NCBI GenBank assembly: GCA_965233585.1
Contig: CBDDTI010000593.1
Span: 1 to 52,459 of the forward strand
Length of the DNA stretch: 52,459 nt
From: a bacterium
GTDB taxonomy: Bacteria; SAR324; NAC60-12
Direction: 5' to 3'
The position numbers and the translations under genes are program-made. The notes under the pieces were generated by a model. That model searched no databases. It was not told the DNA's origin and saw only the letters and a list, made by a program, of their open reading frames with translations. This document shows, one piece after another, positions 34,341 through 42,252 of the stretch; position 1 is the first letter of the stretch; each line of letters starts with the position of its first letter.

Positions 34341-35637
34341 ATGGGAAAGGCAAAGGGTGAAGCCGCCAAATCCGCCGCTGGTGACAAACATGTCAAAAAA
34401 GGCGGTACGGCGAAAAAGAAAGATCAGCAGAAGGAAAAGAAGGTGGAACAGTCAAAAAAAGAGTTACTCCCGAAAAAAGCGGGGCAAAAGCGGCAAAAAA
34501 ATGGAGGCGGTGATGAGGTCCTTAAGAAGAAGAGTCCTGTTAGCGCCTCCTCCTCGAAGAATCGTAACAAAGGACATTTCAAATTGATAAGGACAAAGAG
34601 AATGATTGACGACGACGACGACAAGATAAAGGAAAAGATGATTGATGACGAGGAGGAGTTGGAGGAGGAGGAGGTGAATCAGGAGGAGGAAGATGAAATG
34701 GCAGATTTCATCGATGACGACGAGGGTACCGATGACACGGAGTCCATAGATACTGTCGACGTTGATATGAAATCTGATACGACGGACGTGAATGATGAGG
34801 ATGAGTCGGAAGAAGAGGAAGAACCGGAAATTCAAACCAAAAAAGTAGCGGTTAAGGCTAACAAAAAAAAGGTCCATGATGCTGACGCGCCCCCTGCCAA
34901 AAAAAAAGCGGTTAAAAGGTATGCGGAGCCGGATCAAATTCTCTCCAAAATCGACATGATCAATTTACCCTTAAGTAAGCAAAAACAAATTTTTTCTGCC
35001 GACAATCAGTGGGAGATTGTAACGCCGGTAGCGACTGCAAGTATAGACTACGACCGTTGGCAAGAACAACACGGAAATCGGGAGGCCTACTTCTTCGCCG
35101 ACGATGGGGTAAGTGAATGAGGAAGTGATAAAAAAAGGAGATTACCAAATCAATAATAAGCCTTTTTTCCACTTGGCTCATCCGCTTATAGTACATCTAC
35201 CCTAATGGGACGACGATGAAGAAATTCATCGAAGCCCTCAGGAACAAAGAGGTAGATTTGGAAAACATCAGTCTTCCCTTCGTACCGATGAATAAGTCCG
35301 TCTCCACGAACCCCCTGATCCGGATGGGGATCACGGGGGTTCGCCACCTGCAGCGCGCCGGGGGGCTGGCCGTCTGGCCAGTGGTTTATCTCAGTCAGGT
35401 TCAGGTAAGGGTAAAAAAAAACGAAAGGTAAGACGTTGATGATGTTGAACTGACTATTTTTTTTTTCTTTCCCTTCTACAGTACAACGAGAACAACAAAA
35501 ATTACAATACGAAGACGATCAAGATAAATTTCCCCCTCTATAAATTGGACGCCATAACCGAAGGACTCTTTGAGCTTTGCACGGGATTGGGTTTTGACAT
35601 AAACTCCGCCTCCATCATCAACAAAATGAAAAAGTAA
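34341..35637 (+). CDS. Three-exon 378-aa protein with basic N-terminus, long acidic tract and globular C-terminal domain
   Basis: Exons 34341-35108, 35192-35404, 35482-35637 (1137 nt, in frame); introns GTAAGT...TATAG (83 nt) and GTAAGG...CTACAG (77 nt). Confidence 0.78.
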
Positions 35638-35851
35638 AAAGCGTCGTCCAACCCTTTTTTCCACCAGCGAATAACAAGATGTATTGTACATAGAATAGCA
35701 CCTGCACTTACCCGGCGATCGCCGGGGAAGCTCGTCCGCCGCCTTTTTTTCTTTTTCCTATTATTTTTTAATATAAATGCCATCGACCGTAAATAAGATA
35801 AGGAAAATACATTATAAATCGTCACAGTCGTCACACCTGCCATGTCTCTAT

Positions 35852-36412
35852 TTATTCCGGCACCGCTTTTAGCTTATCACACAATGATTTTATTAAATAT
35901 TGTACAATTTTTTCGTTATGGTTTAAATTTTGACGAGAGAAAAAGTTTGAAAAATATCGTGGATCGCAACTTGAATAAATGGTAACCATCATACAAAAGG
36001 CGGCCGTGTACCACCCGCAAAACAAGGAATTAAAATTCTGGACGGGATAGGTGAGCACGCGCCTTATCGTAACATTCTTCCGCCTTTTCTTCCACCTTTG
36101 CAATAAGTTCATTAAATGATGATTATGAGCGGGCGGAGGTAGAGCGTAACTGTCAAAATACCAAAGATTTTTCCCCTTGATGTAAATAGCGATAAAATGC
36201 CCGCCCGACCGATGAGAGGGGGATAGATTGACGATAAAACACTTCCCCCCATGATGAACGTTGAATAATTGCGGGGGGACGAGGTCTACGGAGAAAACCC
36301 CCGCAAAATGACGATGGTCTAATTGACGTAAGAATTTTTCCAAGACATCGTTTCTTAACCCCTCGTTGGTCACGACCGACTCGTTCCCCATGTTATGAAT
36401 CGGCGACCTCAT
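35852..36412 (-). CDS. Adenain-like cysteine maturation protease
   Basis: GVFSVD, IVNL, GGHF (His), YFDSY (Asp), Q..NSLFCG (Cys); start may be the second ATG at 36391. Confidence 0.93.
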   Translation of the reverse strand: MRSPIHNMGNESVVTNEGLRNDVLEKFLRQLDHRHFAGVFSVDLVPPQLFNVHHGGKCFIVNLSPSHRSGGHFIAIYIKGKNLWYFDSYALPPPAHNHHLMNLLQRWKKRRKNVTIRRVLTYPVQNFNSLFCGWYTAAFCMMVTIYSSCDPRYFSNFFSRQNLNHNEKIVQYLIKSLCDKLKAVPE

Positions 36413-37742
36413 CGGTTCTGATCACCTGACCTCCGTTATCAATTTTCAACCCGGAATTGAAAATGGAATAGGCCAGGAGATAAATAGGATGGGTTTTGGC
36501 TGTTTTGAAACCCAATTCGACGTCCAACTTCCCCTTTTCGTCCGGGTGGATATGATAACTATTGCAACGGTCGGGGGTGAAATCCGCCGTCAGAAAACAC
36601 CGACCCTTCTTAAAAGCCTCCATGCTTACGCTGCAAGTGTAGTTGGAAATGCCGTAGCCGATGCTGTCGTACATGTGTCGATACAAATCCAGGTAATTGT
36701 CGTTGTCAAAATCGGGCTGAAAAGCCTTCGGAAAGACGCATTGCCCATTTTTGATCACGTTAAAGTGATTTAAATCGAAATGTTGAAAGTTGAAGGGGTT
36801 TCTCGAGCTGCTCTGCGACAGGGCCTGGTTGTGAATCATGCACATAATGAGTTGTTTGGGGAGAATTTGAGAAGCCACGTTGGTGACCGTGTAAGTCGTC
36901 ACATTGGCCGGAATGACAAAAACCTTGAATTGCGTCATTTTGTAGGGTATGTAACACGGCTCCCGGCTCAATTTCAGCGTGAAAGCATCTCGCTGTTGAG
37001 CGGAAGGGAGAACTTTTCTCATTTTCAGCTTCAAATCCTTCAACTGGACGACATAGGTTTTCCCGACCTCGTTGTGCAGAATACCGAATTGGGGATGGGC
37101 TCTCACCAACTTTATCTTGATATCCACATTCGGTGGAAGATATTTATCGGTGTACATGATATCAGCCCCCAAGCGCGAGCAAAAATACACCTTTTTATGA
37201 TCCGTCAATAAATCTCGGCGAGCGGTCAAATTTGTATTACCAGTGGGATCGTTTTTTTCGATTTCCTCCGGTTCTTCGACGAAATAACCTTCGCTTTTTA
37301 ATTGGCATTTTTTGCTCTCCAAATCGTAAGACAACTCCGTCTGGATAAAATTTCTAAACGGATAGGCGTTGGCGGTGCTTTGATCGCAAACTTGCACGCC
37401 GTTCAGGTAAATTTCCACTTGGGAGAATAAGTTATAGGCAAAATTATTAGCCAGAAAAACTTTATGGTCGTCCTCCACATCTCCTGCGGCACCATCTTGC
37501 TTGACAATAAAATGTCCGATCAGTCTGGTTTGGTCCAAAATGAACGAACATTCCGCGTCGCGAGGGATCAGGAATTCAACGGGTCCCGCGTTGGTCACGC
37601 TGGTCACGCTATCGTAAATAACATCCGATCCCTTTTCTAAACTCACATCAACCCCCAGGGGCGAATGCAGATCAAGAGCCTGTTCGATAAGATCGTCTTG
37701 CTCGAAACCTAATCCCGCGATACCGCCCCTATTGTCGGACAT
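36393..37742 (-). CDS. Major capsid protein 1 (Polinton double-jelly-roll type)
   Basis: 449 aa; LFSQVEIYLNG, YPF, KYLPPNVDIKIKL, NPFNFQHFDL, DFTPD motifs typical of Polinton MCPs. Confidence 0.88.
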   Translation of the reverse strand: MSDNRGGIAGLGFEQDDLIEQALDLHSPLGVDVSLEKGSDVIYDSVTSVTNAGPVEFLIPRDAECSFILDQTRLIGHFIVKQDGAAGDVEDDHKVFLANNFAYNLFSQVEIYLNGVQVCDQSTANAYPFRNFIQTELSYDLESKKCQLKSEGYFVEEPEEIEKNDPTGNTNLTARRDLLTDHKKVYFCSRLGADIMYTDKYLPPNVDIKIKLVRAHPQFGILHNEVGKTYVVQLKDLKLKMRKVLPSAQQRDAFTLKLSREPCYIPYKMTQFKVFVIPANVTTYTVTNVASQILPKQLIMCMIHNQALSQSSSRNPFNFQHFDLNHFNVIKNGQCVFPKAFQPDFDNDNYLDLYRHMYDSIGYGISNYTCSVSMEAFKKGRCFLTADFTPDRCNSYHIHPDEKGKLDVELGFKTAKTHPIYLLAYSIFNSGLKIDNGGQVIRTDEVADS

Positions 37743-37861
37743 GATCGAGGAAGAGTAATTTTTTTATTTTTATTTTTAAAAGTTTATTTATTCAATATTT
37801 TTTCAACTGATACACCTTTGCCCTTAAATAGAGACATGCGGCTCGGGGCAGGGGAATGCGA

Positions 37862-39298
37862 TCAATAATATCTCTTTTGTACCTGACGGTCTTTACCGAT
37901 CAAAAGAAGGGCGTTGTACACGGCGTAAGAAAGCAAGGTATAATCCGATTGAGCCAACTTGCTAAAAGTCAAATCCAATGCAAGAGAACCGGATTCGGAG
38001 TTATGGTTGTGAAAAGAATGGCATTTGTCGGGCGTTAAATCGAAAACCATAAAAGTGTATCCTTTTTTGTAATTGTCAAGGGTGACTCGATTTCTGGTGT
38101 TGACATTACTTTGAAAATGGTCGTACATGTGCACGTAATCCCCATTGTCAAAATTGCAACGCATGATGCGCGGTAGCAGAGGTTTACCGTCCTTTTTCAG
38201 CATGACGGAAGAAAGGTTGGCATCTGAATAATAAAAGGGGGAATCGGTACATACATTCCTGCCTAACAGCCTGCTCCGGACCAGGGCAAAAACGATCTGC
38301 ACAGGCATTTTTCTGCCCGCGTTAATGAAATTGGCGCTAAAACTGAGAGAGCCGAAAGGGATGTTATAAAACTTTAGCTGCGTGTCCTTGTAAGGTATAA
38401 CACAGGGCGAATTTTTTTCGTTAAGTGAAACGTTGATCCTGTTGCGCACGCGTACGGTGGTTAGCGCCTTTCGCATCCGTAACTTTACATCTTGTAAACA
38501 AATGTTGTAACGGTCATAAGACGTGGATTTGCTTATTAGCCCAAACATGGGATTAAACCTCCGCAATTTTATATTGATTTCCACATTAGGGGGCAGATAC
38601 TTGTCGGAGTAGAATATATCGGCGGGAATGACCGTGCTAAAGTAGACCTTTTTTCCATTCATGATACGGTTGTGATTTTCTACTAATCGAGGGTCAGTCA
38701 AAGCCGTATCCAAGGTACGTTCGGAGACAGTCCCCGTAGCCGTATCGGTGGGTTCATTTCCATCCTCGTCCATCTCAACCTCCTCAGCAACGTCTTTAAA
38801 TACCAACTTAAACTCATTTTTCCTTTCGGCGGTGTAGTATCCTTCCGTTTTAAAAAGGTAATTGGAGACGGAAAAGGGGTAGGATAAAGTTACATCGATA
38901 TTGTGTTTGAACGGGTAGGAGACGGAAGCGCTGAGATCGCACACTTGAGTGCCGTTGAGATAAACCTCTATTTGTGAAAAGAGACAGGCCCCATAGTGAT
39001 TGGCTAGAGTAACCTCGTCTTTCTCATCTAAAAATTTCCCCTTGAGATCTTTGACCACAAAGTAGCCCTCCAATCTGCTTTGATTCAGCAAGAAATGACA
39101 CTCCGGATCGGGGGGGATATGAAATTCAACATCCCCCGTCTCCTCGATCGGTGAAACGCTGCTATAAATAACAGTACGACCGGATATTAAATCCACTTCT
39201 TGTTCCAAAGGCTTATGCAAGTCCAGACTCTCTCCTTTCAGCTCATTAAACTCCACATTCAGCCCTCCGATACCGCCGCGAGAGGTGGCGGAAGTCAT
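37862..39298 (-). CDS. Major capsid protein 2 (divergent paralogue)
   Basis: 478 aa; shares RGGI.GL, LDLH.PL, LFSQ.E.YLNG.QVCD.S, DKYLPPNV, D.TPD.C.S.H with MCP1; extra acidic insertion. Confidence 0.85.
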   Translation of the reverse strand: MTSATSRGGIGGLNVEFNELKGESLDLHKPLEQEVDLISGRTVIYSSVSPIEETGDVEFHIPPDPECHFLLNQSRLEGYFVVKDLKGKFLDEKDEVTLANHYGACLFSQIEVYLNGTQVCDLSASVSYPFKHNIDVTLSYPFSVSNYLFKTEGYYTAERKNEFKLVFKDVAEEVEMDEDGNEPTDTATGTVSERTLDTALTDPRLVENHNRIMNGKKVYFSTVIPADIFYSDKYLPPNVEINIKLRRFNPMFGLISKSTSYDRYNICLQDVKLRMRKALTTVRVRNRINVSLNEKNSPCVIPYKDTQLKFYNIPFGSLSFSANFINAGRKMPVQIVFALVRSRLLGRNVCTDSPFYYSDANLSSVMLKKDGKPLLPRIMRCNFDNGDYVHMYDHFQSNVNTRNRVTLDNYKKGYTFMVFDLTPDKCHSFHNHNSESGSLALDLTFSKLAQSDYTLLSYAVYNALLLIGKDRQVQKRYY

Positions 39299-39914
39299 GA
39301 TGATAGAAGCGGCGGTTAACCGAGATGACTACACGATAAGTAATATTAAAATCAGCTGCGTCATTGCTATAAAAACTGCGAATCTTCTACTCTTAAATAG
39401 CGATGATAAGAATGTGAAATATTTTGGAAATTTTATCGTCGTTAGAAGAAACAACTTTGTTTACAGCATTTTCAGAAAAAGAAAAAAATCCATCAGAGAG
39501 ACGAATAAGGAAAGGAACGGCGGCGACGCGGTCTTGTATCATATCAACATCACCAAAATTCCGTCGCCTGACCAAATTGCGTCTTCCATCGACAATTTGA
39601 AAAACATCATCCAAAACGAGTATTTTGTGATGACCAAGATAATCAACAACGTAACGTGCACCTACGATACCAAATTATCGTCCATCCCGCTGTTAGATTT
39701 GATAGAGGAATTGAAGGAGAAAATACCGTCGGTGAAGCGGGTGAGATTTAATCCGGAAAGATTTCCGGGAATGTTTATTTCATTTCCGGACAACACCTTG
39801 TTAATTTTTTCTTCCGGCAAAATGGTTGTAATCGGCGGTAGAAGCGAGCGGGTCAATCTTCATAGCATCGGTGAAATGGTCAAATTTTTAAAAATGATCC
39901 AAGACCGGAAATAA
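39297..39914 (+). CDS. TATA-binding-protein-like factor
   Basis: RFNPERFPGMFI...TLLIFSSGKMVVIGGRS matches TBP repeat consensus (YEPELFPGLIY...LLIFVSGKVVLTGAK); ISNI and INNV match the NxV/I strand opening each repeat; first ATG 39297. Confidence 0.87.
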   Translation: MMIEAAVNRDDYTISNIKISCVIAIKTANLLLLNSDDKNVKYFGNFIVVRRNNFVYSIFRKRKKSIRETNKERNGGDAVLYHINITKIPSPDQIASSIDNLKNIIQNEYFVMTKIINNVTCTYDTKLSSIPLLDLIEELKEKIPSVKRVRFNPERFPGMFISFPDNTLLIFSSGKMVVIGGRSERVNLHSIGEMVKFLKMIQDRK

Positions 39915-39981
39915 AACACATATATAAATGACGATCGTTAATGAGATAAAATTGCAGTAAGACATCATCCTCGGGACACGC

Positions 39982-40704
39982 ATGTATTTTCAAAACTATT
40001 GCCATCATTGTCCACATCCAAGGCCGGTGAACGATGTGAGTAACGGCTTTCACGTTTGTCAAGATTGCGGAAAAGTATTGGGACCAGTGTACGCGGAATC
40101 GGCAATCGCATGTCATACGCCCCGATTAGAAAGTCCCAATCAAAACTCATTCGAAAAAGACCTGTTGGAGCGAATATGTGACAAATGCTACATCAACGAT
40201 GCGGAATTAATTCGTGTCATAAACCATCAATGGTCGGACCTTAAACGCCAGAAGAAAAAAAACCTTCACAACGTGGAAGCTTTGATGCTTGTCGCCGTTT
40301 TTTTAGCCTTGGTAAAAAGTAAAGTGCCGAGACCTGTGCAACACTTGTGCCAACTGACCAGCATCGAGCCCGAAAAAGTGTGGCCCCTTCTAAACCCGCA
40401 AGAATTTTATTTCCAACCCAGTCTGATGTGCGAATACTTTCTTAAAGGGCTGAACCTGTCTTTCAAAGATGTTGAATCGATAAGAAAAAGAGTCAAATTT
40501 TACGAAAGAAAGATCGTGTTTTCGCCGCAAACAATTATAGCCGCCTGCGCTTACACCTTTCTAAGAGAAAATAAAATGACTTATACTTTATCAGGGAGAG
40601 AAACCCCAATTACTCGCCTGACCTTCGTGGGATTGGCCAAAGAATTAGGTATCAGTCCTATGGCGCTGAATAGATGCGTGAAAAGATTAACCGCCGTAGA
40701 GTAA
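39982..40704 (+). CDS. TFIIB-like factor
   Basis: N-terminal Zn ribbon CPH...GFHVCQDCGKVL; cyclin-repeat motifs VAVFLALVKSKVPR and SPQTIIAACAY; C-terminal LAKELGISPMALNRCVKRL helix-turn-helix. Confidence 0.85.
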   Translation: MYFQNYCHHCPHPRPVNDVSNGFHVCQDCGKVLGPVYAESAIACHTPRLESPNQNSFEKDLLERICDKCYINDAELIRVINHQWSDLKRQKKKNLHNVEALMLVAVFLALVKSKVPRPVQHLCQLTSIEPEKVWPLLNPQEFYFQPSLMCEYFLKGLNLSFKDVESIRKRVKFYERKIVFSPQTIIAACAYTFLRENKMTYTLSGRETPITRLTFVGLAKELGISPMALNRCVKRLTAVE

Positions 40705-40749
40705 CTCGAACACAGGAAGCAGGACGAAAAAAAGAAAAAAAAGGTCGTA

Positions 40750-41169
40750 ATGAGATATCATCGAGGGCCCGCGGTACAGCAAGGCGCGGGATTAGGTTCT
40801 ATTTTTAGCGGCTTAATTCGAACTCTGGCGCCGGTGGCCAAAGGCGCCGTAAAATCAATCGGTCGAATTGTAAAAAGTGACGGTGCCAAATCGGTGGGAC
40901 GGTATTTAAAAAAGGAGGCCACTAGGGCAGCCGTTGACACGGCCTTAGAAGCGTTGGAAGGTAGACCCGTTGGAAAAGCCGCCAAAAATCGATTAAAGAC
41001 CGCTACCAAAAACATACTCTTGAGCGGGAGACAGGCCGTCGCGGCTAATTCTAGCAAACGGCGAAAAGTGAAACGAAAAAATGTAAAATCATCGGCTGTC
41101 AAAAGGAGCCGACTAACGCGATCGAGGCCGTTGTTTGAAGATTACGAGGATGACGACGAGGATTACTAA
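40750..41169 (+). CDS. Small basic virion protein with QxGxG site and amphipathic helix (adenovirus pVI-like role inferred)
   Basis: QQGAGLGSIFSGLIRTLAP motif typical of Polintons; KRRKVKRK basic patch; acidic tail. Confidence 0.8.
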   Translation: MRYHRGPAVQQGAGLGSIFSGLIRTLAPVAKGAVKSIGRIVKSDGAKSVGRYLKKEATRAAVDTALEALEGRPVGKAAKNRLKTATKNILLSGRQAVAANSSKRRKVKRKNVKSSAVKRSRLTRSRPLFEDYEDDDEDY

Positions 41170-42238
41170 GGACGAATTTATCGAAGCTTACACCCGACCC
41201 GGCTCATCTCTCGCTTTCTCCTCTCCTTACCGGGCTTTTAAACAATTTAAGGGAGAAATCCCGCTAAGCAAAATAAAAAATTGGATGCACGGATTGGACA
41301 GTTACACCTTGCACAAACAAGCCAAATCCGCCAGACCGAGGAATCCGACCTATTCCTATTACAAAAGGTATCAGTTTCAGATAGATTTGATCGAATTAAC
41401 TGAGTCAGTGTCGAGCGCCAATGATGATTACCGGTATTTGTTAACCGCCATCGATATATTTACTCGGTACGCCTTTGTCGAGCCGTTAAAAAATAAAAAA
41501 GCATCCACTTTTTTGGAGGGCTTCAAACGCATCGCGGAAAGGGCCCTTACCTTACCTCAAAGAATTCTGGCTGACAGAGGCGCGGAGATCAAAAATAAAT
41601 CTTTCGCGGACTATTGCCGTCAAAACAGAATAAAACTTTTACACAGCGATAATTATATTCATGCGCCGTTTATAGAAAGATTCAACAGAACTTTAAAAGC
41701 CTTAATGTACCGATACATGACTTCGCGCGAAACGGAGCGATTTATCGACGTGTTACCCCGTTTGGTGGAGACCTACAATTCGCGAGAACATCGCATGATC
41801 GGGATGTCGCCCAACGAGGCCGAAAAGGAAGAAAATGCCAATTTGGTACGGGAAAAACAGGAGGAAAATTACGCGAAAAGAACGAGAAAAACGCCTAGAT
41901 TTAAGGAAGGGACGACGGTCAGGATAAGCAAATTGAAAGGACAATTTGATCGGGGCTTTGACGAACAGTTTCACGAGGAAATTTTCAAAATTAAAAAAGT
42001 ATTCACCCGTTTGCCCATTCCGACTTATCAGCTGGAAACTTTTGACGGAGACGAAATTATCGAGGGAAATTTTTACGGAAATGAGTTGGCGGAGGTGGAT
42101 CCTCCCGAACTTTTTAAGATTGAAAAGATAATACGACGAAAAAGAGATTCAAAAACGGGGAAAAAATTGGTCTTGGTGAAATGGCGAGGGTACCGAAATC
42201 CCAGCTGGATACCGGAAAGTGACGTAGTCGATATATAA
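41150..42238 (+). CDS. int: Retroviral-like (rve) DDE integrase with C-terminal chromodomain
   Basis: QIDLI, IDIFTRYA, ADRGAE, IERFNRTLK; chromodomain FKIEKII...LVKWRGY..PSWIPE; first ATG 41150. Confidence 0.95.
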   Translation: MTTRITKDEFIEAYTRPGSSLAFSSPYRAFKQFKGEIPLSKIKNWMHGLDSYTLHKQAKSARPRNPTYSYYKRYQFQIDLIELTESVSSANDDYRYLLTAIDIFTRYAFVEPLKNKKASTFLEGFKRIAERALTLPQRILADRGAEIKNKSFADYCRQNRIKLLHSDNYIHAPFIERFNRTLKALMYRYMTSRETERFIDVLPRLVETYNSREHRMIGMSPNEAEKEENANLVREKQEENYAKRTRKTPRFKEGTTVRISKLKGQFDRGFDEQFHEEIFKIKKVFTRLPIPTYQLETFDGDEIIEGNFYGNELAEVDPPELFKIEKIIRRKRDSKTGKKLVLVKWRGYRNPSWIPESDVVDI

Positions 42239-42252
42239 AGAGGGGCACGGAG

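Noticed and set aside
35538..35843. 101-aa minus-strand ORF after the protease
   Set aside because: Overlaps exon 3 of the plus-strand gene and has no recognisable motif; cannot be supported
39297..40704. TBP/TFIIB as ordinary host or archaeal contaminant genes
   Set aside because: They are compact, intronless, highly diverged, overlap a capsid start codon and lie between matching TIRs
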